A stretch of DNA of 64,000 bases, taken from Macrostomum hystrix. Its lineage: Eukaryota > Animalia > Platyhelminthes. Positions 12,054 to 22,554 of this stretch are shown piece after piece; position 1 is the stretch's first letter; each line of letters begins with the position of its first letter. The translations under genes were made by a program, and so were the position numbers. The notes under the pieces are model-generated. The model was not told the origin of the DNA, made no database searches, and saw only the letters and a program-made list of their open reading frames with translations. Where the stretch lies: the NCBI GenBank assembly GCA_950097015.1, contig CATNEN010000015.1, forward strand, positions 2,025,188-2,089,187, read 5' to 3'.

Positions 12054-12417
12054 TATTTTACTTACTAGGGCTGTGGGCCAGGGATCTCAAACCGACCACT
12101 AACTTTAGAAAACTGACATGAAGTTTCAGGCAACGGTGAGCGCACCAGATCAGACTAGTTTGTTGAGGATAAACTTTCTGGAAAGAAATTGTAAGAATCA
12201 TTTAACCGGATTTAACTGAGTCTAGCGATCAGTTTGCTCTGTGTTTGTGTTTGCTGAAAAACTAAAGCTGCATCCAAGCTTTAGCGAAGGACGAAATAAC
12301 CTTTTATTTTGCAGTCCTTGGCTTCGATGATAGGGTCGCGTTTTCGCAGTTTAAAGAAATAATAATTTTAAAGTATTTCACGAGTATTTCACACCAAGCA
12401 ATTAATCTCAAATTAAC

Positions 12418-12577
12418 AGGTGGTAGTCTGTCTCAGCCACACAGGTAGTAGTCATAGCCACACGTAGTAGTCTCAGCCACACAGGTAGTAGTCTCAGCCA
12501 CACAGATAGTAGTCTCAGCCACACAGATAGTAGTCTCAGCTTCACAGGTAGTATAGTCTCAGCCACGCAGGTAGTAA
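12418..12577 (-). repeat. 21-bp stop-codon minisatellite downstream of W2, ~7 degenerate units
   Basis: Reverse complement of GAGACTACTACCTGTGTGGCT. Confidence 0.9.
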
Positions 12578-12598
12578 TCTAACTGTAATCTATGTAAT

Positions 12599-13328
12599 CT
12601 AACCTTCTACCTGCGATTTCGAGCCTCGCAGGTAGAAATCGCCAGCAACGCCAGTTAGGGTAGACGGCGGGTAGGCGAACCTGAGCAGGTAGCACTGACT
12701 TCGAATCTTTAAGGAGATCACAGCCTGACAGTCAGCGCTGGCATGGCACTGAGCCACGCACTTGATCTTCAATGTCACAGCGCTTGTCCAGAATGTGGTA
12801 TAAGTGGCCACCACAGTCAGGCTTGGCGTTTGGGTCCGGGTGAAGATGTTCCTACCTGCAAATCAAGTTTTTAAGGCTAAGTCACGGCTCCTAGAACTCT
12901 ACGAACTCCACGAATTCCTAGAACTACCTACCCGGGTAGGTTTGGGCGAACACGGAGTTCCGGTCGCTTCCTCCACAGATCTGTGACGAGTTTCCTGAGC
13001 AGGCCATGTTGCACTCGGACTCACTGGCTGCTCCGTAAAGCCAGAAGGACTTGCCACAAAAGCACTCACGGCTGTTCTGCACACCGAAGTACGTGAATCC
13101 GCCAAGTGAGCAGACATTGCTGCAGAAATCATGCGACATGGTGTTGCTGCGCACGCCTTCTTTGTTGTAAGCGAATTCACCAAGTGTGCTCACTCCATCC
13201 AGCCCGTTCAAGGCTCTGACGCTACGCCAATCATCCTTGAAGCAGCCGACGTAGGAGAACTGAGCCACCCTGGCAGCAGCGACAGCCAGCAGAGCGCAGC
13301 AGACAGCGGAGGCCAAAGCGCTGATCAT
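12599..13328 (-). CDS. W2: secreted WSC + PAN-like protein, 2 exons (13328-12932, 12855-12599), intact, chimeric
   Basis: ATG at 13328. GT donor at 12931 (phase 1), CAG acceptor at 12858-12856, in frame. Ends GDFYLRGSKSQVEG* because the canonical stop is mutated. Confidence 0.88.
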
Positions 13329-13702
13329 TATCGCCAATTACGAAGCTAACTATGAAGATAATATTTAACCGTTGCTGTTTTAGCCTTCTTAAGTAACATA
13401 CAACCTGAGCATAATCTCGCCGGACTTCTGTTTTACCTAAAGTAATATGTAAAATGCGATTTGCTGTCCAATTTATCACAATGGACTGGCCGAACCAATC
13501 AGAAAGCAGAACCTGCTTAAGGGGTGCTGACTTGTTTTAATACACCTAAATAGTCTATAAATTTCCTCAAAACTGCCAAATTATTTAAAAAAATAACTTT
13601 AAAAAAAATAATCTGAATAGTTGGCTCTAGGTATTCAAGTTCAATTCGGGTGTGCATGGACATTTCATAAAATTGATGTACGACAAAACTCAAGAGATGC
13701 AT

Positions 13703-13793
13703 GAGCTGAAGAGACAGGTGAGCTGAAAGGACAGGTGAGCTGAAGTGACAGGTGAGCTGAAGTGACAGGTGAGCTGAAGGGACAGGTGAGTTT
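13703..13793. repeat. 17-bp satellite island upstream of W2
   Basis: GAGCTGAAG[A/T/G]GACAGGT units. Marks the end of W2/W8 upstream homology. Confidence 0.9.
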
Positions 13794-13809
13794 TAGATAG
13801 ATAGACAGG

Positions 13810-14920
13810 TGCACTATCTATGCACCGCCCGAGACTTCCAAGTATTTCGATGAGGATGTCTGGGAGGATATAAAAGGTCTCATTCAGACGTATTCCACAA
13901 TAGGAATCGTTCTCACAATCGGTGATTTTAATGCAAGGACGGGGTCAATGCAAGCAAATTGTGGTCCTCATTTCCGTAGAGTTAATCAGGACACGGGAAA
14001 AAGCAAACATGGCCTCCAACTCTTAGAAGTGTGTTGTGAAACGAAATCAGCAATCCTCAATGGGCTAAGTGGAGTAGCTGAAGGGGATATTTTGGGAAAC
14101 TACACTTACAGCTGTACGCTGGGACGCAGCTATTGATTGATTATGCCATTGCGTTCATAGATAGTCTTGACATGGTGGAAGATTTCTTTGTCCACCCTCA
14201 AAACTTCCTCTCAAAGCACTCTCCATTGACAGTCAAAGTGCGCATACAAGACATGAGCCCTCAGGAAGTGGTACGCGGGAACAAGACCATAAACTATCCA
14301 AGGCCACCCACCTGGAATCCCGTTGCACAGCAGCACTTCATCGAAGCCCTAGAAAGTCAACAGAGTCTGGAATACATAAAGCAGATTGTTACACAGGAAG
14401 TAAAGGAGACCTCATCTATTGCTGATCTCACATCTAAGTTAAACCGTCTGCTGCAGAGGAGTCCGTTCCCAAGAGCGGGGGTAAAAATATTATTCCCAAC
14501 AAATTCTGGATAAACAGAGACGAAAATCTTAGGGATTTGGCTAAATCATTAAAGTACGTAGCAAGGAAAAAAGTCGAAAGCCAGCGGACAGATCACTGGT
14601 CACAGAATACGATGAGCTTGCAAATAAGTATTGGAACCATCTAAAAAAGCTGAAAAAACTGACATAAATTATTTTATCCAGAAAATTGCATGCTCCAACA
14701 CATCCAGGGGATTTTGGTCAGGTTTAAAAAGAGCCGAGGAATTGCTGTTTCCCAACAAGCGAGTTTCCAGGGCACAACCCCCAATAGCAGATATTCAGAA
14801 GCACCTAAGCAGCATTTTCAACATGCAACCCTCAGTCAGATGCCTCCGAAGTCATCCACCAAACCCAAAAATCTTTACAGACACAACAGTCAGCACCCAG
14901 GAAATTGATAAGGCAGCTAG
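13810..14920 (+). mobile_element. Degenerate LINE fragment: AP-endonuclease domain and linker, frameshifted, RT missing
   Basis: CTIYAPPETSKY, IGDFNARTG, ILNG, YTY, frameshift, IDYA, SKHSPL are APE motifs of CR1/L2-group LINEs. Further broken frames continue to EIDKAAR*. Confidence 0.8.
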
Positions 14921-15211
14921 ATAACAAAGCCACTGCCCTGAGGCCCATAGTTAGAATGCAAAAACACAATAGCTATTCTTCTTTCGGTCCGTTTTAATTT
15001 TCTCTTTAAATTTCAATATTTCATTTTTGTTTTAATGCCTTTGTTTATTTAAAAAATTTGTTTTCTTTCAAATATTTTATTCACCTAAAATAAAACCTTA
15101 TGCATGCTACTGTTCTTCTATCACCTTCTTTTTTAAATCGAATTGTTCAGCCTCAAACATCAAATAAACAAAAAAATCAGCACCCAATCGGCGGGCGCAC
15201 CTCAATAATAA

Positions 15212-15444
15212 TAATGGGTGGGTAAAGCAGCTCGCGGCTTTACCCGTTTTTAATGTCAGAGCGCGCGGCCCTCCTCTCTCTCTGCCCTCTCTCCGCCGCC
15301 TACCGCCCACCCCCTTTTGCGTGTTCATCTGTGCTCGTACATTTCCGAGACTGCACATTTTAAGTCCCGGGGCTGCGCCCCAATATATGTCGCCCCGTGT
15401 TGAGAAGCGAGGATCGCTGTCGCTGTCTCAAAAATAAAATTTTT
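15212..15444 (+). repeat. Terminal repeat A1 of the YR retrotransposon
   Basis: Identical by eye to 19451-19683. Confidence 0.95.
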
Positions 15445-15474
15445 AAAATAAAATTTGCTAAATAGATTTTTAGC

Positions 15475-16550
15475 ATGGCAGAGCTGCTCAATCAGCTACT
15501 TGGCATGACTTCGCGCCAATTGTCAGACCATCTGGAGTCACTTGGCTGCAGTACCGAAGACAGCGCCCGTGGCAATAAGAGCGACAAAATCAAACGCATT
15601 CTGTCCCTGCAAAAGGACGAGGGCGCCTCCAGCGACGCATCCAGCCTTCAGGCGCAGATCGACGAACTGCTTCGGACATCCGGCGAGACCAACGGCAACG
15701 CGGCCGGGCCCCCTGCAGCGACTGGACCTGACAATGAGGCCATGGAGGCGGAGATCCGAGCGACGGAGCAGCGCATCCGACTGCTGCAGCTGAAGCGTGA
15801 GGAAGCTGCACTGCGCGCCGAGCTCAGATCCCTCCCGGCCGCCCCGCAGCCCGCTGGAAATAGCTCTGGTGAGTGGCGACATAACCTCCACACTATTCTA
15901 ACGCATGATGATGAAGGAGATTATGCGCAGGCGCAGGAGCCCTGCCGAAGACGTCCAAGCCGCTGCTGGTGTCAGATTTCCTCAGCAGAGAAGGATCGTC
16001 TGAGAACACCGTTTTGCACAGTCGCTCAGGTGATTTGGTGTTTAAAGGCAACAAGTCTGTATGCGCTGAAAATATCAATCTGGCTCAGTGGATTATTGGA
16101 AATGCGAAGGTGTTGGACTGCATGCTGAACAAAGGACAGCTTGTTACAGTGGGTGCCGATGGCCGGCCGGACGTGTCAGAACTGAGGCAATACCTGAAGT
16201 ACAACATCCAGATCGGCGAACTGGCGGAGTCTGGCTTCGGAACCGCCAAGATCATGCGCTTTGACGAGAGCTACCGCATCAACCAGCACAGCAGCAGCTT
16301 TCCGTGGGCGACCGAGTCATTCCAGCTGCTGGCCAGGCACCTGCTAGCACCAGACAACACCAACGAATCGCGTTTCCAAAAGGTTAAATCTCATCAGACT
16401 CAACCAAGCCGGCCAGTCTGCAACAATTTCAATGCCAACAAGTGCTTCCGCAAGGCCTGCCATTTCCAGCACATCTGCCGAATCTGCAAGGGCAACCACC
16501 CGGCCAGTGCCCACGAGTCAGGCACCAGCCAAGATCCTGCAAAAAACTAA
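15475..16550 (+). CDS. Gag-like ORF1 of the YR element, probably with a 62-68-nt intron (exons 15475-15868, 15931/15937-16550)
   Basis: C-terminal CNNFNANKCFRKACHFQHICRICKGNHP zinc-finger motif typical of DIRS/Ngaro gag. The two open frames are joined by GTGAGT (15869), a CTAAC branch (15898-15902) and CAG (15928-15930 or 15934-15936), all phase 1. Confidence 0.8.
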
Positions 16551-18292
16551 TTGGGGCGGCCAGCGGGCGGCCCTCGCCATCGGGGACCGCCAACGAGCTG
16601 GCCCAGCTCCCTGTTTTTAGCCTTTTAACTCCTCAAGCAATGTCTGAAGCCGCTCTGCTCTGCTCCGGCCTTCACAACAAGCTGGCTGTTTGGGAAGAAG
16701 AGCTGCAATCCGATCCCGATGCCGACTTCATTTTGAAGGGTCTCCGTGATGGCTTTGAAATAACTAATCTGACTGGTATTCAAACTGCTAGCGAAGATAA
16801 TCACAGGTCCGCTACCTGTCCTGAAAATCGCGAGCAAGTCGAGAAGCTGATCTTGGATGAGCTGAAAAACAGCAGGTACATGCTAGTCGAAGACAGGCCG
16901 CGCATCATCAGCCCGCTAGGTGCCGTGGCCAAGTCATCTGGCGGTCTTCGCCTGATCCATGACGCCAGCCTGCCCCGCGGCCGGAGCATCAACGAGTACT
17001 TCAAGCAGGATAAGAAGCTTCGCTTTTCAACCGTTAGTTCTTTCACCAAGAAGCTGAAACCAGGCTGGTTTATGGCCAAAGTTGACCTCGCCAAGGCCTA
17101 CCGCTCCTGTCCAGTCAGCGCTAACGCCTACCAGATCACGGGGCTACGATGGACTTTCAGCGGTGAGAGCGAGCCCCGGTACCTCGTGGACACCTGTCTT
17201 GGCTTCGGGTTCGCTGCCAGCGTCAATGTGTTTCACCGACTCTCCGAAGCGGTCAAGCGCATGATGATTCGCCGAGGTTATCACGTCATCTGCAACTACC
17301 TCGACGACTTCGCCGTTGCCGCCAGCACCCTCGATGCCTGCCAGGAGGCCTACAATACCCTCCTGAGTCTTCTGCGTCGCCTGGGTTTTTCTATCAACTG
17401 GGAGAAAGTGTCTCCACCCAGTCAGTCTATGGTTTTTCTCGGCATCCACATCGACACGGCTGCCGGCCGACTAACTCTCCCGCAGGAGAAGCTCGAGTCT
17501 TTACAGAGCCTGCTGGATGCCGCAGCTGCCAGCAAGCGACTCAATAAGAAGCAACTGCAGAAGCTTTGTGGCAAAATTGGTTGGTTTTGCGAGGTCGCCC
17601 GCGCTGGTAGATCTTTACTTCGGAGCCTCATTAACTTGACCAACAGCTTGACTTTGCCTCATCACAAAATGCGCGTCGAAGGCCCACTGGAGGAGCAGTT
17701 GCGTTTCTGGAGATCAGCGACCAATTGGATGCACGGAATCGAGCTGTGGCCGCAGTTCGCCAAGCGGTTGGTCGTCGAGACAGACGCCTGCCTGACAGGT
17801 GGCGCTGCAGTGATCTCGGATGGAGCAGAGAGTGACTGGATGTTCGTTGACTGGGCTGCTGATTTTTCTGGCGCGTTGCAAGGCCTGCATATCAACTATT
17901 TGGAGTGCGCGATGCCTTTGGTTTTTATCATCCTGTTCAACGAGCGTTTGGCCAACTGTCACGTTGTTTTCTATACCGACAATTCGTCTGTTGCAGGGAT
18001 GCTGCGCAAGGGCTCTGCCAAGCCCCCAATCATTCAGGCGCTGACGCGTACAGCTATTCTAATTGCTCTTAAGTATCGCATTCATTTTGAAGTTTTTCAC
18101 GTTCCTGGGAGATACCAGATCTTTAGCGACCCTGCCTCCCGTCTGACTAATAAGCACGGTCTCATAAACTTTTTGCTTCGTTACTATGGCTCTATTTACG
18201 TCAACGCAGCTGCTGTTGCTACGCACGCGCTGTCTGCCGCTTCCTGCCAATCTCTCTTTTTGCAGGTCCAGAAGCTGCAGCGGGGCCCCTGA
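16442..18292 (+). CDS. Reverse transcriptase + RNase H (ORF2 of the YR element), uninterrupted; first ATG at 16640
   Basis: RLIHDAS, MAKVDLAKAYR, LGFGFAAS, NYLDDF; RNase H TDAC, HINYLE, YTDN, DPASR. Confidence 0.95.
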   Translation: MLPQGLPFPAHLPNLQGQPPGQCPRVRHQPRSCKKLIGAASGRPSPSGTANELAQLPVFSLLTPQAMSEAALLCSGLHNKLAVWEEELQSDPDADFILKGLRDGFEITNLTGIQTASEDNHRSATCPENREQVEKLILDELKNSRYMLVEDRPRIISPLGAVAKSSGGLRLIHDASLPRGRSINEYFKQDKKLRFSTVSSFTKKLKPGWFMAKVDLAKAYRSCPVSANAYQITGLRWTFSGESEPRYLVDTCLGFGFAASVNVFHRLSEAVKRMMIRRGYHVICNYLDDFAVAASTLDACQEAYNTLLSLLRRLGFSINWEKVSPPSQSMVFLGIHIDTAAGRLTLPQEKLESLQSLLDAAAASKRLNKKQLQKLCGKIGWFCEVARAGRSLLRSLINLTNSLTLPHHKMRVEGPLEEQLRFWRSATNWMHGIELWPQFAKRLVVETDACLTGGAAVISDGAESDWMFVDWAADFSGALQGLHINYLECAMPLVFIILFNERLANCHVVFYTDNSSVAGMLRKGSAKPPIIQALTRTAILIALKYRIHFEVFHVPGRYQIFSDPASRLTNKHGLINFLLRYYGSIYVNAAAVATHALSAASCQSLFLQVQKLQRGP

Positions 18293-19311
18293 GGACGGAG
18301 CGAGACCGGCTGTTCAACCAGGCGCTGGCCCCGAGCACAAGGCGAGCTCTGAAGTCACAGCTCAACCGGTGGCAACAGTTCTGTAGCGAGATCGGCATCC
18401 ACCCGCTAGAGGCCGACGGCCCAACGGTGTCGTTGTACGTCTCTCACCTACACCTCAAGCATCTGACAGCTTTTTCCAGCTTTCAAGCGTACCTGCATGC
18501 TGTGTCCTGGCTGTACAAGCTAGCCGGGAGGGCCGATCCGACCGCTCACCCGCTGGTACGACTCGCTCTGCAAGGCGTTAAGCGTCAACGGGGTGCCCAA
18601 GCACGACAGAAAGCGGGTTTGACACCGAGCATGCTGCTCCAGCTTAGATCGCACATCGATACGACCTCCTGCTCCGGTGCGGCTTTCTGGTGCTGCCTCC
18701 TGGTGGGTTTCTGGGGCTTGCTACGAGCAGACAACCTGTGCCTGCCATCGGCGGCAGCCGCCCGAAGCCCTCGGCTGGCAGCCAGAGCGGTGCGATTGAA
18801 GGACCTGCAGCTGAGCAGCAAAGGCATCGAGTTGCGCATCCGCCACAGCAAGACCATCCAGTTCGCCGAGCGACTCCACACCGTCTGGCTGCCGCGTCTG
18901 CCGGACGTGAGTGGCTCCCGGCACCCGCTCTGCCCCTTCAGCGCAGTTCTCCTGCACCTCAACCGCAGCCGCTGCGCTGTGGATGGACCCGAATCGCTGC
19001 TGTTCTCTTTTCGTAGCGGCCAGCGTCTGGTCCCCGTCTGTCGGTCGCAGTTCACAAAGCAGCTCTTCAGATCGGCGGTTGCGGCTGGGCTCGACCCTTC
19101 GGCCATTTCGGGGCACTCTCTGCGCAGAGGTGGAGCGTCTTTCTTTGCTGGTGCTGGTGCGTCGGTGCAAGAGGTGATGGCCTTGGGAGACTGGCGCAGC
19201 GACTCTGTCTTTCGCTACATCAAGCCGAGCTGCGAAGCGCGCCGTCGCGCGGTGGAATCGGCGGCTGCGCACTGCCCTAACAGCCCCCTGCCCGCGTTGG
19301 CCTCAACCTGA
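18266..19311 (+). CDS. Tyrosine recombinase (ORF3 of the YR element); no ATG near the 5' end, probable splice acceptor at 18263-18265
   Basis: Frame is open from at least 18265 (ALAPSTRR...W..FC). Catalytic residues present: LLRADN (R), HSKT (K), GHSLRRGG (H-x-x-R), GDWRS (W), FRYIK (Y). Confidence 0.92.
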
Positions 19312-19367
19312 CTCTTCTGTTCTTTTCTTTTCTTTTGTTTTTTTTTGTTCCTTCCCTGCCTTGGCTT

Positions 19368-19830
19368 TGGGCTGCTTCTCGCCTGTGGGCGCACTTTCGC
19401 CAACTGCCTTCTTCCTGCGTTCTTCCTGCTTTTGCCGCCGCTTCAGACATTAATGGGTGGGTAAAGCAGCTCGCGGCTTTACCCGTTTTTAATGTCAGAG
19501 CGCGCGGCCCTCCTCTCTCTCTGCCCTCTCTCCGCCGCCTACCGCCCACCCCCTTTTGCGTGTTCATCTGTGCTCGTACATTTCCGAGACTGCACATTTT
19601 AAGTCCCGGGGCTGCGCCCCAATATATGTCGCCCCGTGTTGAGAAGCGAGGATCGCTGTCGCTGTCTCAAAAATAAAATTTTTCTTTCAGTTTTATCTGC
19701 TGCTTTAATTAAAATAAACTCGCGCTAACAGCCACATCGCTCATGGGCTGCTTCTCGCCTGTGGGCGCACTTTCGCCAACTGCCTTCTTCCTGCGTTCTT
19801 CCTGCTTTTGCCGCCGCTTCAGACATTAAT
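19368..19830 (+). repeat. 3' terminal repeats B1-A2-(~60-bp spacer)-B2 of the YR element
   Basis: B1 19368-19454, A2 19451-19683, B2 19744-19830. Confidence 0.93.
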
Positions 19831-20054
19831 CTAACTATTCTACCATTATTAACAATTATTTTTGAAATAGTTGATTACTCATCTCAGCCTATGAGTATCT
19901 TTCAGCAGCCTATTTTACGTGACAGAAACCAATAGCTACTTATTTTTTATTGGACCAGGCAGATAATACAATAACCGATGGGATGACTTGCTCTCGCTTA
20001 TTAGCGATGAAACCATTGTAAAATCGTTCTGGCTCTTCGTTATTAGCGACTGTG

Positions 20055-20858
20055 ATGGCAGTTCTGGTTGCAGTCATCTGTTGCGCTGTCCTAGCCGTCG
20101 CGGCGGCTAGGGTGGCTCGGTTCTCATACATCGGCTGCTTCAAGGACAACTACCGAATCGTCAGAGATTTGAACGGACTTCACGGAGTGAGTAGACTTGG
20201 CGAATTAGTTTACAGCGACTTGGTTGGATTGCCAGACAACCGGATGACCCACGAATTCTGCAGCAAGGCCTGTTCACTGGGCGGGTTCCCGTACTTCAGC
20301 CTGCAGTACAATTATGAATGCTTTTGCGGCAAGTCCTATGGTCTCTACGGAGCGGCCAGTGAGTCAGACTGTACGGCGGCCTGCAAGGGAAACGCGACGC
20401 AGATGTGCGGTGGAATAGATCGGAATTCCGTGTTCGCGCAGTTTTACCAAAGTGAGCTGATTGTTTTGATTCTGGAATTTGCTTCATCAGAAAGAGCTGA
20501 AAACGTTTGATAGTGCTCTGGATTTTCCTGGCTATTGGATGAATATTTTAATGACATGACATAGTTCAACATGAATAAAAAACTATTAAAAGTTATTTTC
20601 TGAAACCGTTTCTTGTTTTCAGACAATGCAATCTTTTTTAAGACTGAATTCCCTCGACTGACTGTGGAAGCCACTTGGAGCACTTTCTCAACAATGACTG
20701 TGGCATCCAGAGTGAAGTGCGTGGCTCTGTGCCAGATCAGCGCTGACTGCCAGGCAGTGATATTCTCCAAGCGGCAGCGGCTGTGCTATCGCCTCAGGTT
20801 CGCCTACCCGCCAGCGAGCTTGAGTGGCGTTACTGGAGACTACTACCTGTGTGGCTGA
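20055..20858 (+). CDS. W3: secreted WSC + PAN-like protein, 2 exons (20055-20451, 20623-20858), intact
   Basis: GT donor at 20452 (phase 1), TTTTCAG acceptor ending 20622, in frame. Ends GDYYLCG-TGA. Confidence 0.88.
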
Positions 20859-21350
20859 GACTACTACCTGTGTGGCTGAGACTACTACCTGCGAGGCTGA
20901 GACTACTACCTGTGTGGCTGAGACTACTACCTGTGTGGCTGAGACTACTACCTGCGTGGCTGAGACTACTACCTGTGTGGCTGAGACTACTACCTGTGTG
21001 GCTGAGACTACTACCTGCGTGGCTGAGACTACTACCTGTGTGGCTGAGACTACTACCTGCGTGGCTGAGACAACTACCTGTGTGGCTGAGACTACTACCT
21101 GTGTGGCTGAGACTACTACCTGTGTGGCTGAGACTACTTACCTGTGCGGCTGAGACTACTGTACTACCTGTGTGGCTGAGACTACTGTACTACCTGTGTG
21201 GCTGAGACTAATACCTGTGTGGCTGAGACTACTTACCTGTGTGGCTGAGACTACTGTACTACCTGTGTGGCTGAGACTACTACCTGTGTGGCTGAGACTA
21301 CTTATTTGTGTGGCTGAGACTACTACCTGTGTGGCTGAGACTACTACCTC
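20836..21350 (+). repeat. 21-bp stop-codon minisatellite after W3, ~24 units with slipped variants at the 3' end
   Basis: Begins inside the last codons of W3. Confidence 0.95.
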
Positions 21351-22554
21351 AGAATATTTAACCAGTTAGTAGTTCTTTTTATTCCAATTTTCTAAATTAC
21401 TTAGGAAATTTAAAGTTGGCTTCATGTTGATCGAAGAAAAAGATTGTGAAATACTTGAAATACTTGTGAGATCCTGAGTTTTCACTGGTCTGCTTGCTGA
21501 GAAAAACATTTGTCGAGCGGGTAAAGATCTAATACAGAAGTATGAGAAGTTTGAGTTATAACCAACAAGTTCTTAAAAACTGGTCTTAGTGTTTGAGATA
21601 AATTTCTGTATTTGGAAACAGATCGTACTAAGACTGTCTTCACTCCAACCCAATCCGTTTTTCTTCAATTCAAGCTTCCAGCCACTGAGTCTCCCACCTG
21701 AATAACTAGAGCCGTCTAGGTATGAGACAGTGCCAAATGCGTCTCTATGAGGCATATTTGAGACAGGTCACCGCTCAAGTGGCCTGTACGTCAATCAGAT
21801 TTCAGATTTACGTACCGATATCAATGCCAATTGTGCTTTTGTGCTACATTCGCAGTGATTTGAAAGTGTCGGTGACTTTTGGTTACTACGGTTCGTACAG
21901 TTTCTGTTTACTTTTGGAGGGGGTGGGTGTGCTTAGGTGGCCATCTGATTGGCTGGCGAAACCCCCATCTACGAGTACACCTTTACTCCTAGCCTTTTCT
22001 ACTCCCTCATCCGTTTTTCTTCAATCCAGGCTTTCCAGCCACTGAGTCTCACATCTGAATCTCACTGCTCCTTGACATCTCATCCATGCGTCTTACCCCA
22101 CCCGCATGAGTCTCACCCTGAGTCTACCATTCAGTGCTATAACTCAAAGCGGGTGAACGCCGCTGTAAATTTATATCTTCATGGGCGCTACTGCAAGTAG
22201 GATGCTTAGCTTGTTTCAGTCAAATGGAAAATAGCAAATGGAAATTCGCCAGTTACTCTTATGACCAGTTTCGTCCCTTTCATTTATCCGTTTCCTTGGC
22301 GACAGCTCATTGCGGCTTGAAAATAATTCGTCGAGCCGTTAGGAACAGCCGTTTAGGATGGCGGTTAGAGATTTCCATGTGGCCCGATTTTGTCTTCGAT
22401 ATATTTGCAACAAGTTGCAGCTCCTGATGCCTTCCGATTGGGTGAGACTGCTCACAGGATCACAAGTTTTACCACCTCTGGCATTTTTTGCAAGTGGTAA
22501 AATGCTTACAAGTTCTAATAGGATCTCACTGTAGGCTGCTAGCTAAATATTGAA

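Larger units (their letters stand above)
15212..19830 (+). mobile_element. Full-length Ngaro-type tyrosine-recombinase retrotransposon with split direct repeats A1-gag-RT/RH-YR-B1-A2-B2
   Basis: A1 15212-15444 matches A2 19451-19683 (233 bp). B1 19368-19454 matches B2 19744-19830 (87 bp). TAAT lies at both outer ends and at the B1/A2 junction. Three overlapping ORFs. No methyltransferase domain after RNase H. Confidence 0.93.
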
